A DNA stretch of 64,000 nucleotides from a virus. Under the pieces are notes generated by a model. That model saw only the letters and a list, made by a program, of their open reading frames with translations, had not been told where the DNA came from and did no database searches. The translations under genes and the position numbers were made by a program. The DNA is taken from positions 1 to 64,000 of IMG/VR virus record IMGVR_UViG_3300046733_001096; one strand, written 5' to 3'. Positions 20,479 through 30,528 of this stretch are shown here, piece by piece; position 1 is the stretch's first letter, and every line of letters starts with the position of its first letter.

Positions 20479-20658
20479 ATGTGGATTTTATTATGGATAG
20501 CATTAGTGCCCAATACACAAAAAATGGAAACATATCATATTGGCACATTCGCTACTAAAAGCGAATGTGCGGAGGCATTTAAACCTGCAATTGTATTAGT
20601 ATCAGATAAAAATCAGACACTAGATTGTATTTGGATAGATCCTAGTATTAAACCATAA
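20479..20658 (+). CDS. Small secreted/membrane protein (59 aa, not in ORF track)
   Basis: MWILLWIALVPN...ECAEAF...LDCIWIDPSIKP; RBS GAGGGG. Confidence 0.5.
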   Translation: MWILLWIALVPNTQKMETYHIGTFATKSECAEAFKPAIVLVSDKNQTLDCIWIDPSIKP

Positions 20659-20663
20659 GAGAA

Positions 20664-21488
20664 CTAAAGACCCATTGCTTTTTGTGTATTTACACCAACA
20701 ATGCCATCTGCAACTAAACCATTTTCACGTTGCCAGTCCATAACTGTGCGTTCTGTTCCTGAACCAAAGATACCATCAGCACTTTCTCCCAATACTTTTT
20801 GCATTGCTGCAACATCACTACCTCGATCACCTTTACGCAATGTACGTTTCTTAGGAGTATAATGTCCTCCCAAAACTTCTAGTGCATGTTCCCAGTGCTT
20901 TGTTCTGTCTTCTAACCCAATCGTGCCGCCATTAATTCGTTTGGTCATTGTCACAATATCTTGATTATCACAGTAACGATTAATTCTATTTGTATCCCAG
21001 AACCAACATGCACTTGCTAACGCACCAATAGGTGTACGAACAAAGTCAGTTGCATCTTCTGCGCTCATATCTTCTGCTTTACCGAATTGTGTATAATTAT
21101 GCCGTCCAGTAAGTTGAAGAATACCGCCACCTCTAAATCGCCAGCCATCACCACTATTGGTGTCACCATTATCCATTCTATTTGCGTAAATTACATTTGC
21201 AATTTTTTCTGGCTGCCTATGATAATCATCTGCATTTCTACCTGCACGTTCAAAATATTTTGGAAAAATAGAGTTTAATGCTTTAGAACTATAGTTTAGA
21301 TTTTCAGTTAACACCGTATATCCAGCACTTTCATGGCCAGTCTGTGCAATAAAACCTGCTACTCTGTTTTCAGTATCAATATCCCATCTGGGCAATACTC
21401 GCTCCATTGCATCAAACCATTCGCCTGCATCAATGCGTGGTAACAATTCTGCAACATGTTCTACTTTAAAATCAAATTTAAATCCCAT
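20664..21488 (-). CDS. Endolysin: GH19 lysozyme/chitinase with C-terminal peptidoglycan-binding domain
   Basis: FIAQTGHES, ENLNYS, FRGGGILQLTGRHNY, TKRINGG; LRKGDRG..DGIFG..DGIVG. Confidence 0.92.
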   Translation of the reverse strand: MGFKFDFKVEHVAELLPRIDAGEWFDAMERVLPRWDIDTENRVAGFIAQTGHESAGYTVLTENLNYSSKALNSIFPKYFERAGRNADDYHRQPEKIANVIYANRMDNGDTNSGDGWRFRGGGILQLTGRHNYTQFGKAEDMSAEDATDFVRTPIGALASACWFWDTNRINRYCDNQDIVTMTKRINGGTIGLEDRTKHWEHALEVLGGHYTPKKRTLRKGDRGSDVAAMQKVLGESADGIFGSGTERTVMDWQRENGLVADGIVGVNTQKAMGL

Positions 21489-21489
21489 G

Positions 21490-21915
21490 TTATATCTCCT
21501 TCAATATAATAGATTTATTTTCTATTAAAATTTCTCTGTTGTGTAAATGTTCTTTTTCAACATCATCTTTGGACTGACCGTGATAACGAACAGCCAAGTT
21601 TTTTTCAATCATTATATCAGTAAATAGTTTATCATCAATACTAAAATCCCCAAGTATGCGACCAAACTTCCCAGTTTTATCTTTGGTAGTCATTATGATC
21701 TGTGATGATCCTACTGGCATTAGTTCTTTTACAAATTCTTTTGCTAATATACCAAACTGTTTTTCTACCAAATCCCTGGTGCGAGTTTCTGGAGTATCAA
21801 TCCCCATAATCCGAATACGTTCTTTATGTAACCATACTCCAAATCCTAAGTCAATATCTACGTCAACTGTATCCCCATCAACTACTCTGAGTATTTTGCA
21901 CCTATATTTATACAT
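21490..21915 (-). CDS. Thermonuclease (SNase-like)
   Basis: RVVDGDT, RIMGIDTPE, KFGRILG. Confidence 0.9.
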   Translation of the reverse strand: MYKYRCKILRVVDGDTVDVDIDLGFGVWLHKERIRIMGIDTPETRTRDLVEKQFGILAKEFVKELMPVGSSQIIMTTKDKTGKFGRILGDFSIDDKLFTDIMIEKNLAVRYHGQSKDDVEKEHLHNREILIENKSIILKEI

Positions 21916-22215
21916 TTACCAAAACTTCAGTGATTTTGTTGCTTTCTTGGCAGCATTATATGCAGCATCAGCAGATTTTTCAATCGCACCGGTAGTTGCT
22001 TTTTTCGCTGTTTTTGCAACTGCGGTGGCTTGCTTCTTAGCATCCTTGACACCTGCATCTGCTGCTGCTTTCGCTGCTGCTGCTGCTTCTACTGCTAATT
22101 GCTCATTTTTTTGTGCTGCTTTAGTTGCTGCCGCTGCTGCTTCTGCTGCCGCTTTTTCAGCAGCCTTAATTGCAGCATTCATTTTTTTATCCCAATCTTT
22201 TGGCATTTGTGACAT
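21916..22215 (-). CDS. Ala/Lys-rich helical protein
   Basis: Low-complexity AK repeats, RBS GGAG. Confidence 0.6.
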   Translation of the reverse strand: MSQMPKDWDKKMNAAIKAAEKAAAEAAAAATKAAQKNEQLAVEAAAAAKAAADAGVKDAKKQATAVAKTAKKATTGAIEKSADAAYNAAKKATKSLKFW

Positions 22216-22216
22216 T

Positions 22217-22801
22217 TTATTTCTCCTTAGTTTCTTTAATTTTAAAATTCATACTAATAACAATTCGTTTATCATTGGTATGGTTCTTTGTAACAAAGTG
22301 ACTTATTGTACTATCAAACATTACAAATTTGTTTGGCTCCGCTTTAATAGTTGTTTGTTCAGTTATATACGGATTTTGTTTGTATTGAAATACCAAGTCT
22401 CCACTTCTTGGAGGAACTTGTACATAATATGCTGCACTAACGTGTGCGCCTTCTGCATAATTTTCTTCTGATTCATGAGTATGTAAATTAGTAGATTCAT
22501 TCTTGCCATGCACCACTGACCAAAAAGCAGTGTTTGGGTCTTCTGTACTACTAGTATTCCAACATAATTCAATTTCTGTGCCAAATGCATCAAACCATTC
22601 TTTTTCTAAACTTGATGCAATCCTTTGTACCTGAGCGTTAAACTCAATCCTAACATCTTCCTTTCGTATATGGTCATCATCTTCTGCCATGAAGTTATTA
22701 TTATAATAACTATTCATTATCATAGCAGAAAGTCCTAGTAGGTCTTCATTAAGAAATCCTACTAGGTACTCTTGCTTGAAAAGTGTAATCTTTTCAGTCA
22801 T
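22217..22801 (-). CDS. 2OG-Fe(II) oxygenase (TIGR02466-like)
   Basis: HTH motif, SAAYYVQVP, HFV..N....RIVISMN. Confidence 0.75.
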   Translation of the reverse strand: MTEKITLFKQEYLVGFLNEDLLGLSAMIMNSYYNNNFMAEDDDHIRKEDVRIEFNAQVQRIASSLEKEWFDAFGTEIELCWNTSSTEDPNTAFWSVVHGKNESTNLHTHESEENYAEGAHVSAAYYVQVPPRSGDLVFQYKQNPYITEQTTIKAEPNKFVMFDSTISHFVTKNHTNDKRIVISMNFKIKETKEK

Positions 22802-22806
22802 ATATA

Positions 22807-24564
22807 TTATCTAGTGCCGTTTGGTAGTAGAGAATAGTCAACCTGATAGAAACCATTTTCATGTAATGTAACTGCATTGGCATACTTTGTTTCAAGTAAT
22901 TCTTGTGCCATTACACCTTTTTGTTCTACACTATCACCAACATAGTTATAAGTATAAACACTAAGACCATCAACTGTGTTGACTAGTTTTACATTTTCTT
23001 TAAGACGGGTATCACTGAATAATTTCTTAAATGATTTACCTACAGATTTTGCTGCATCCTTGGCTGCTTTCGCTGCGGCATTTGCTGCATCTTCTGCGGC
23101 TTTTGCTGCGGCATTTGCTGCATCAGTGATTGCCTTCGATGCATCATTGATTGCATTATTACAAGTATTGATAGCATCATTACAACCTTTAATTGCTGTA
23201 TTCGCACCATTCAGCATATTTTGTGCGCTGAATGTTTTTTCTGTCCAGTTAGCAACATCATTTGCTGCATTTGTTATTGCCTTGCCTGCATCCTCAATAG
23301 CCTGACCTGTATCGTCTACCGCTTTTTGTGCACCTTTATAAGTTTGTTCCGCTTGTTTCGCCACATCGTTTGCAACTTTTTCAGCATCTTTGGCTGCTTT
23401 AATTGCTTCATCTTGTGCCTTATCAATTCCATCAGTTACGTGATCCATTGCATCTTCAATTGTTCCGCCAGCATCAAGGATTGCTTGTGCCCCATCTACT
23501 AGTGGACCAATATCAACGTCAACGTCAACATCAATATCTAATCCAACAAGTAATGCAGCCTTGCCATCAATACCGAAACTGATTGTGTCATCCTCATATG
23601 TAGCGTGTGCAGAACCTTGTGCCCCAACTTGTGCACCAACACTCACTTCAGTACTACCTGATACTTCAGCACCGCCCAAATGTGCTGATCCACTTGCTTC
23701 TGCACCTACACTTGCACCTGCAATAGCACCTGCTTCTACTGATGCACCATGTTCACCAATACTTGCACTTGCTCCCGCTTCCGCATATGCTTCAGCATGT
23801 ACATTTGCTTCGCCGTCTGCGCCCGCATCTACTGAAATATCGCCTAATGGTGTATCTAGGCCTACACTTGCATCTACTGATCCACTTGCTCCTGCTTCTG
23901 CACGTGCACTGGCGCCAACTGATGCAGCGGCAGTTGCATCACTACCATCCCAGCCTCCACTTGCATTAGCGTGTGCTTCTGCTTCTGCACTTGCATGTGC
24001 TTCTGCTTCACCTTCTGCACCAGCGTGTGCTGTTCCTAATGGACCTAAGTCTTGCTCTGCATGCGCTTCACCACTTGTGCTTGCACTTGCTTCTGCACTT
24101 GCATGTGCTTCTGCGCCTGCTGCAAAAGAACTACCATCTGATTGAAATCCTGCACTTGCGCCTGCCTCTGCACTAGCACTTGCTTGCGCACTACCGCTTG
24201 CGCCAGCCTGATCGTTTCCCACTGATCCACCAGTTTCAACTGATGCACCTGCAGCAACACTAACAGTATATTGTGGTTTTGAAACTTTTACAACATTCGC
24301 TTGTGCATTAGCAACAGCGGCAGCAGCAGCATTATAATCTGCCTCTGCTTGTTTTTCCGCTGCCTCTGCGGCAGCATGATCTGCCTCTGCTTTATCATGT
24401 GCTGCTTGTGCATCACGTTGTTGTTGTTCTGCATTTGCTTTTTTGGCTTCTGCATCTGCTTTGTCTTTTTGTGCTTGTGCCTTATCTGCCTGTGCTTGTT
24501 GCTTCTTTTTTTGTTCTTGGGCTTTTTGTTGTTCTGCCCGTTTCTTGTCGTCCTCTGCGCTCAT
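22807..24564 (-). CDS. Ala/Gly-rich protein with coiled coils and C-terminal peptidase S74 intramolecular chaperone
   Basis: F-SDTRLKENV autocleavage motif, GVMAQEL, VDYSLL. Confidence 0.75.
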   Translation of the reverse strand: MSAEDDKKRAEQQKAQEQKKKQQAQADKAQAQKDKADAEAKKANAEQQQRDAQAAHDKAEADHAAAEAAEKQAEADYNAAAAAVANAQANVVKVSKPQYTVSVAAGASVETGGSVGNDQAGASGSAQASASAEAGASAGFQSDGSSFAAGAEAHASAEASASTSGEAHAEQDLGPLGTAHAGAEGEAEAHASAEAEAHANASGGWDGSDATAAASVGASARAEAGASGSVDASVGLDTPLGDISVDAGADGEANVHAEAYAEAGASASIGEHGASVEAGAIAGASVGAEASGSAHLGGAEVSGSTEVSVGAQVGAQGSAHATYEDDTISFGIDGKAALLVGLDIDVDVDVDIGPLVDGAQAILDAGGTIEDAMDHVTDGIDKAQDEAIKAAKDAEKVANDVAKQAEQTYKGAQKAVDDTGQAIEDAGKAITNAANDVANWTEKTFSAQNMLNGANTAIKGCNDAINTCNNAINDASKAITDAANAAAKAAEDAANAAAKAAKDAAKSVGKSFKKLFSDTRLKENVKLVNTVDGLSVYTYNYVGDSVEQKGVMAQELLETKYANAVTLHENGFYQVDYSLLPNGTR

Positions 24565-24751
24565 ATTATTATTCCTTTGCTTTTTTTTATTTTAAGATTA
24601 ATCTTATTTGTATTTTCCATCAATGTCATAATATGCGGAATTATATATTGCCCAAGATATACTATTATGTATTTTGTGTTCTTGTTTTCTTAACTTTTTA
24701 TACCATTGTGAGTAAAGTATAACACGTTTTTTCATTATTGTCAACAATTTT

Positions 24752-25726
24752 TTACTTTTTCCATTCACCTAATAAACTTCCATCTTTTAAATGTTGCAAT
24801 CTATCATTCCACTTTACTTCTTCGCCTTGTTTGATAATATTATCAATATTTTCAATGTAAGAATCCATAAAGTGATCCGGTAATTCTTTGCCTATTTCAT
24901 AAAATGAAAAACTTTCTCTTGCTGCAAATAACCAAAAACTATTTACACCAAAATTTAAACTATCGGGCTCTTCAAGGTAACAATACTTCCCATCTTCTAA
25001 TAGTTTTATTAGTTCGCCTGTATGTGCATATCTATGCATATGTGTGCCTGCTGGGGGGACTAGAGAAACAACATCTGTTTCATTTACTACACGTGTAAGT
25101 TTAATCTTACCGCGCATTTTGCGAATACCCTGTGATGATGTAACTTTAGGTTGTCCAAAATTGATACATTCCGCTACATTGTAACCTGAGTAGTCTAAAT
25201 ACCAACTAACAATTAATGCTTCTGCTGCGCCTAAACTATGACCGGTTACATATGTTGTCCATGTTTTATCCAATCGTGAAATTAGATCATCTGCAATCAT
25301 TTCTGCAGTTTTATGAAATCCTTTATGCAGTTCTATACCAAGTCTAAAACTTTTACTACGTAAGAAATTTATGTCTTGCATAGCATTATGTGAATTGCAC
25401 GTGCCACGAATAGAAATGTATTGTTTTTTATTCATTTCATCAAGTAATACTATATACTTAATATCATTGATTTCATTTATATACAGTTCATATCCATCAT
25501 ATAAGTTTCTTATAATATCATTATCTTTTTTATATGAGGCTCTAGCAAAATTAGCAAACCATTTTATATTTTCCCAATCAACTTCGTGTGATTTTGTAAA
25601 ATTTTGTTTGAATTTACTCTCAAGTGAATAACGTTTAATCATCCACTTACGAACTCTTTTTGCAATTTTAGATATTATCCATCCTTGCACGATCCATCTA
25701 ATCATATATGACATTATAAAACTCAT
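24752..25726 (-). CDS. Class 3 lipase
   Basis: IRGT, HKGF, GHSLG nucleophile elbow, FGQPKV, RVVNETDVV. Confidence 0.88.
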   Translation of the reverse strand: MSFIMSYMIRWIVQGWIISKIAKRVRKWMIKRYSLESKFKQNFTKSHEVDWENIKWFANFARASYKKDNDIIRNLYDGYELYINEINDIKYIVLLDEMNKKQYISIRGTCNSHNAMQDINFLRSKSFRLGIELHKGFHKTAEMIADDLISRLDKTWTTYVTGHSLGAAEALIVSWYLDYSGYNVAECINFGQPKVTSSQGIRKMRGKIKLTRVVNETDVVSLVPPAGTHMHRYAHTGELIKLLEDGKYCYLEEPDSLNFGVNSFWLFAARESFSFYEIGKELPDHFMDSYIENIDNIIKQGEEVKWNDRLQHLKDGSLLGEWKK

Positions 25727-25760
25727 TATAGTACTCCTACACTGAGTGTATTTATAACAT

Positions 25761-27167
25761 TTAGTATTTCATATTATCGTCAATAGGTTTAGTTTCAGTT
25801 GAGGATTGTACCATTGTAAAAAGTGTTCTAACACCAAAACCCACTGCACCAGATGGAGTAATATCATTGCCACTTTCAGTCCATGCCATACCAGCAATAT
25901 CCAAGTGTGCCCAATTACGATGGTTATCTACAAAACGGTATAAAAACTCTGCTGCTGTGGTTGAACCTCCGCCCTTACCACCAATGTTTTTCATATCTGC
26001 AATCTTTGAGTCAATCATTTTATTCCAGTTTTTGCCCATTGGCATTCTCCAGAACCCTTCTCCTGCCAACTCGCCATGCTCAATAATAGTGTTACCGAAC
26101 TCTGTAGAATTTGTAAATAGACCTGCCATTTCGTGTCCTAAAGATACAAGTATTGCACCTGTTAATGTCGCAAGATCAATAATGCGGTTTGGATCATATT
26201 CTGATTGTACGTAAGTTAAAATATCTGCCAGAACCAAACGTCCTTCTGCATCAGTATTCAAATTTTCTACAGTTTGACCACTCAATGAAGTAACAATATC
26301 ACCAGGCTTAATTGCATTACCATCAGGCATATTTTCAACAAGTCCGACAATACCAACCACATTAGTTTGTACATTTTGTTCAGCGATTGCATGCATTGCT
26401 CCTACAACTGCAGCACTGCCTCCCATATCGAATTTCATATCGCCCATACCTGCACTTGGTTTAATAGAAATACCACCTGTATCAAATGTGACGCCTTTGC
26501 CCACTAGAGCAATAGGTTGTTCATCTGATCCTGCATTCCATTCCATTACTACTACATACGAATCTTTACGTGAACCTTGCCCGACACTCAGTAGCAAATC
26601 AAACCCCATTGTTTCTAATTGTGATTGGTGAAACACTCTAACATTAATACCCAATGGTGTTAGCACTTGATTTATACGTTGTGCATAGGTTGCGGGATAT
26701 AAAACATTACCTGGTTCAGATACAAGGTCACGTGCAAATGTAATACTGTTGTGAATTGATACCTCACGAACCGCATCGATATGAACTGCCAACGTGTCAT
26801 TATCTTTCTTAGATTTATATTTCTCAAAATTATATAATGCTAATTGCGATCCTTCAAAAATAGATTCATTAAAATCATTATTGATTTCAAAGTAAAGATT
26901 ATCAACATTGCCTTTATACTGCTTTGCTAGTTTGCCACCAAAGTTACGCCATTCATTATGGGTATGAGCATTTGTTTTTATTACAGTAATAGAATCAACA
27001 TTAATTTTAGATGGGAATGATATTGTGACTTCTCCAGTATCTTTTGTTGCCAGAGATTTTAGTCCACACACGCTAGATACTGCGCCACCTGATTTTTTAT
27101 CAAGTGCTTTATATTCCTTGGAATCATATAATACTACAATTGCGGAGTTGGGTTCATAGGAACTCAT
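25761..27167 (-). CDS. pepA: Leucyl aminopeptidase (M17)
   Basis: VGKGVTFDTGG, MKFDMGG, NTDAEGRLVLAD, HLDIAG. Confidence 0.95.
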   Translation of the reverse strand: MSSYEPNSAIVVLYDSKEYKALDKKSGGAVSSVCGLKSLATKDTGEVTISFPSKINVDSITVIKTNAHTHNEWRNFGGKLAKQYKGNVDNLYFEINNDFNESIFEGSQLALYNFEKYKSKKDNDTLAVHIDAVREVSIHNSITFARDLVSEPGNVLYPATYAQRINQVLTPLGINVRVFHQSQLETMGFDLLLSVGQGSRKDSYVVVMEWNAGSDEQPIALVGKGVTFDTGGISIKPSAGMGDMKFDMGGSAAVVGAMHAIAEQNVQTNVVGIVGLVENMPDGNAIKPGDIVTSLSGQTVENLNTDAEGRLVLADILTYVQSEYDPNRIIDLATLTGAILVSLGHEMAGLFTNSTEFGNTIIEHGELAGEGFWRMPMGKNWNKMIDSKIADMKNIGGKGGGSTTAAEFLYRFVDNHRNWAHLDIAGMAWTESGNDITPSGAVGFGVRTLFTMVQSSTETKPIDDNMKY

Positions 27168-27607
27168 TATTTAAATCCTCTTTCTTTCATTAATTCATTA
27201 TGTTTTTCTATGTATTCATCTTTAAATTTTGGATGTTGTGCATAATAATTTGCACCTTTACCACCAGTATGTGCAAGTCTCACACTGCCTGGAAAACCAT
27301 CAACATCATTTTTATGTCTAGGGATAAAATGAATATGAGGCCACATAACTGTTTGTCCTGCTGCTTCGCCCATATTCATACCAAAGTGGTAAGCATCAAT
27401 TTCACCTTTACTTCTAAGTTTATCTCCATACTCTACTGTTGCTTCTAATGTAAGTGTGATAAACTTTATATTATTTTGTTTAGGAATAAACAGTAAATGA
27501 CCATCACACACTGGCCATTTGTCTTCATATATTGCATAGTAATATTCATTTTGAAGTTGTAGATGTTCTGATTGTTCAAACGGAGTGTCTTCAAATTTTT
27601 CAATCAT
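27167..27607 (-). CDS. HIT family hydrolase
   Basis: GHLLFIPK, AGQTVMWPHIHFIPR; start trimmed to MIEKFED, which overlaps the mtnN stop. Confidence 0.85.
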   Translation of the reverse strand: MIEKFEDTPFEQSEHLQLQNEYYYAIYEDKWPVCDGHLLFIPKQNNIKFITLTLEATVEYGDKLRSKGEIDAYHFGMNMGEAAGQTVMWPHIHFIPRHKNDVDGFPGSVRLAHTGGKGANYYAQHPKFKDEYIEKHNELMKERGFK

Positions 27608-28316
27608 GCCAAGCATCCAATATTGGCAATAAATGTGAAACAACTGTTGCTGATTTTTTTGAACTTTCATCCACAAATGTATCAAAATCTGTATGCGAAT
27701 CATTGCCTGCAAGATCGCTTAATACTCTGACAACCATGAATGGCACATTACATTGACAACATACTTGTGCCAATGCAGCGCCTTCCATTTCTATAGCATC
27801 AGCATTAAATTGTATATGAAACATTTCTCTTGTCTGCGCACAACTAAGATATGTGTCACCTGTGATTATTGTTCCAAATTTTACATCTTTGCCCAAATGA
27901 GATTGTAAATAGTTTTGCATTTCGCTACTCATTTCAAATGAGATTGGATCAGTTGTATCCTCTAGTGATGGAAAACTTCCTGGTAAACTGGAGTATACTT
28001 CTCCGTTTACGATAGCACCATAATCGTGTTGAATAAGTTTGTTAGCAATTATAACATCGCCGATATTTAAGTTTGGATTTAATCCACCGGCAACCCCACT
28101 GAATACAATACCCAAACATCCAAAGTGTGAAATTAATATTGTTGTTGTGACTGCAGCATTTACTTTTCCAATACCACACTCCGCAGCAATAACATCGATC
28201 CCATTAATCTTACCAATTTGAAATTTCTTTTTCATAACTGTTTTAGTTATTGGGGCATCATCCCATTTAATTTTTGAATACTCTTCTGGAATAGCGGAAA
28301 TCATTCCGACTGTCAT
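27600..28316 (-). CDS. mtnN: 5'-methylthioadenosine/S-adenosylhomocysteine nucleosidase
   Basis: GIGKVNAA, SGVAGG, EMEGAA, RVLSDLA. Confidence 0.92.
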   Translation of the reverse strand: MTVGMISAIPEEYSKIKWDDAPITKTVMKKKFQIGKINGIDVIAAECGIGKVNAAVTTTILISHFGCLGIVFSGVAGGLNPNLNIGDVIIANKLIQHDYGAIVNGEVYSSLPGSFPSLEDTTDPISFEMSSEMQNYLQSHLGKDVKFGTIITGDTYLSCAQTREMFHIQFNADAIEMEGAALAQVCCQCNVPFMVVRVLSDLAGNDSHTDFDTFVDESSKKSATVVSHLLPILDAWHD

Positions 28317-28319
28317 TAA

Positions 28320-29054
28320 TTAATCCTCTTCAACATTATATTCTAGCATATAACTTATTGCCAGATGTCCTTGTATACTTCTATCTATGTTTTTATTATA
28401 TACTATTACATCAGAAATGTCAACATCTATATTACTTACCAACTTGTCTAAATTAAATGGATTTTCTTCTGGTTTAATATAAGTATTATATTCATCTAAG
28501 TGCGATTTATAATTATATTTCTCTAATAAAAATGCAGTAGTTTTATCTTGTGGTGATCCAGGAATCGTATGAAAGTCGCCAGCAATAATAGTAGGCCTAT
28601 CTTTATATAGATTTAATAAAAACTCAATATCAGACTTTCTATCTAAATCATTGATAAGTGTTGAATTAACATCACTAGTATCTTGTGGATAACAAGGCAA
28701 AAACGTAATAATATTTACACCGTCAAGTTGCGCTCTTAATGCAGTGCACCCTTGAGACTTATGATTTTCACCAATTTTTACCACCTTTTCATAAGATGGT
28801 AATGTAATACTTTTCATCTTTGAAAATAGATGACCTGAATGATTTTTCCCCATTGCAACACATAAATTACCTACACCAGGTGTAGATTCCAAAAAGAACA
28901 ATCTGCAACCTATTATGGATTCTATCTCTTTTTTTGCTTCCATTGGTACACGTTGTAGTAGGAATACATCTACATCTTTGGCTGCATTGCGTAAATATTC
29001 TATTCCCCACTGCATGCCATCCATATTATATTGTAATACTCTAATATTAGGCAT
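28320..29054 (-). CDS. Endonuclease/exonuclease/phosphatase family protein (divergent)
   Basis: VLQYN, DVFLLQ, IIAGDF, LDKL, C-terminal GH. Confidence 0.6.
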   Translation of the reverse strand: MPNIRVLQYNMDGMQWGIEYLRNAAKDVDVFLLQRVPMEAKKEIESIIGCRLFFLESTPGVGNLCVAMGKNHSGHLFSKMKSITLPSYEKVVKIGENHKSQGCTALRAQLDGVNIITFLPCYPQDTSDVNSTLINDLDRKSDIEFLLNLYKDRPTIIAGDFHTIPGSPQDKTTAFLLEKYNYKSHLDEYNTYIKPEENPFNLDKLVSNIDVDISDVIVYNKNIDRSIQGHLAISYMLEYNVEED

Positions 29055-29058
29055 TAAA

Positions 29059-29373
29059 TTATTCCGCAGGCTCTATACTAGTTGAAAGAGAGAATCCATT
29101 ATTTCTAGCAGCACGGGTTGTTTCTTCTACTTTTTGTTCTGCTATTTCCATATAATACATTCCAACAATTGCGCTACCTTCTTGATGAATTTTACCTGCT
29201 AGATCAGATGATGTTTCCATGGTATGACCAAATAGTTTCATTAATACTTCAATCACAAAATCAAATGGAGTAGTATCATCGTTATGCATGACCACATAAA
29301 ATCTTTTGGGCGAATCTAATCCCAAATCTATTTCATCAAGACTTGATGTTAATGTTCTTTCATCTGCTATCAT
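29059..29373 (-). CDS. clpS: ATP-dependent Clp protease adaptor ClpS
   Basis: VVMHNDDTTPFDFVIEVL, IHQEGSAIVG, EIAEQK; start trimmed because the upstream extension crosses a terminator. Confidence 0.9.
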   Translation of the reverse strand: MIADERTLTSSLDEIDLGLDSPKRFYVVMHNDDTTPFDFVIEVLMKLFGHTMETSSDLAGKIHQEGSAIVGMYYMEIAEQKVEETTRAARNNGFSLSTSIEPAE

Positions 29374-29410
29374 AATTTTTTGTCCGTATTTTTGTGCTGT
29401 ATATTTATCA

Positions 29411-29439
29411 AAAAAGAGAGGGATATTACTATCCCTCTC
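29411..29439 (-). terminator. Terminator after hsp20
   Basis: GAGAGGGATA-N4-TATCCCTCTC followed by a U-tract on the minus strand. Confidence 0.75.
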
Positions 29440-29459
29440 CTGATATAATATCACAATTA

Positions 29460-29876
29460 TTATCTAATTGCAATAGTTTTAGGTTGTTTTTCTTCAGGAA
29501 CTTTTCGTTCAAGAGATACAAATAATAATCCATCTTCCATAGTTGCATCAATTACTTCAACATAATCAGCAAGTTTCCATTCTCTGGTGAATGCACGATT
29601 TGCAATTCCACGATGGATGTATTCACGGCCCTCTTGATCAATTTCAGGTTTTGAACCGGAAATAGTTAGTAGACCTTCTTTAACCGTGATTTCAATATCA
29701 CCACGACTAAAACCTGCTAGTGCTAATGTAATTTGATATTTGTCTTCATCAATAGACTCTACATTATATGGTGGATAACCAGTGTTATCCAAACGATTGA
29801 AATCATTTAGTAGTCTATCAAAACCCAATACTGAGCGATGAAAATCTGGTAAGTTTAATGTTGTTACTCTTGTCAT
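29460..29876 (-). CDS. Small heat-shock protein (Hsp20/IbpA-like)
   Basis: GFDRL, YPPYNV, LALAGF, HRGIANRAFTR, MEDGLL; RBS AGGAG before MTRVTT. Confidence 0.93.
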   Translation of the reverse strand: MTRVTTLNLPDFHRSVLGFDRLLNDFNRLDNTGYPPYNVESIDEDKYQITLALAGFSRGDIEITVKEGLLTISGSKPEIDQEGREYIHRGIANRAFTREWKLADYVEVIDATMEDGLLFVSLERKVPEEKQPKTIAIR

Positions 29877-29930
29877 TTTGTTTCTCCTTTTAATAAGCAA
29901 GAATATAGAATCCCAATAGGCGATTCCAGT
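29877..29930 (-). promoter_or_regulatory. ROSE-like RNA thermometer in the hsp20 5' UTR
   Basis: UUCUUGCUU-AUUAA-AAGGAGAA hairpin pairs UUGCU with the SD; a second hairpin lies upstream. Confidence 0.6.
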
Positions 29931-29943
29931 TAAACAGATGTTA

Positions 29944-30480
29944 CTACTCTTTAGTAACACCTGAAAGTTTTTGTAGGCGGCGGATGAAACCTTCATCATC
30001 ACGTTCACCTTCAAAAACAAATGTGTTTGACTTTTTGTTGTTTCGCAACTTAGTATACATTTCGCCTGCTTTGCCAGGACTTAATGTACCTACGTCAAAC
30101 ATTTCGTCACCAGATTTATCATAGACTTTTGCGCCCTTATTATCTTTAATAAGTACACCGTCTTGATTATAACTTGCACCAAGTTCAATCATCTGTTGAC
30201 GAAACTTTTCGTCTGTTCCCTCTGGAGCAATAACGAAAAGTGAATCTTCTGCCACATGTACTTCTTCTGGAGTGCCTTGATTTTCAATCCAATAGCCGTC
30301 CACAAAAAAGAAGCCATAACCTAACTTACGAATAGTTGCCGCAAGTTGCTTGTTACGCCTTACATTCTCTTCACGGTCATACTCGCCACGAAATGCTGTT
30401 AAAAGAGCAATAGGTCTATCTGACTTTGCGTGTTGCCAAATACGTGATAACGATGCCTCTTGTACATGTGTCTGTGTCAT
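29944..30480 (-). CDS. Conserved phage protein (E|ASLSRIWQH family), probable head protein
   Basis: Late-type box at 30506; LTAFRG, GY..EN, E.SLFV, YNQDGVL motifs. Confidence 0.6.
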   Translation of the reverse strand: MTQTHVQEASLSRIWQHAKSDRPIALLTAFRGEYDREENVRRNKQLAATIRKLGYGFFFVDGYWIENQGTPEEVHVAEDSLFVIAPEGTDEKFRQQMIELGASYNQDGVLIKDNKGAKVYDKSGDEMFDVGTLSPGKAGEMYTKLRNNKKSNTFVFEGERDDEGFIRRLQKLSGVTKE

Positions 30481-30528
30481 TTTATCTCCCAGTAATTAAT
30501 ATAATGTATTTATTTAATAATGTCAATA

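Noticed and set aside
21656-24722. Long plus-strand ORFs (21656..22471, 22976..23305, 23561..24145, 24301..24722)
   Set aside because: Antisense shadows of Ala-rich minus-strand genes, with no RBS or motifs. The same applies to most short opposite-strand ORFs in the track.
29374-30020. N-terminal extensions of the ClpS and Hsp20 ORFs as given in the track (also HIT 27608-27712 and GNAT 17227-17268)
   Set aside because: They overlap terminators or upstream genes; better starts with an RBS or stop-start coupling lie downstream.
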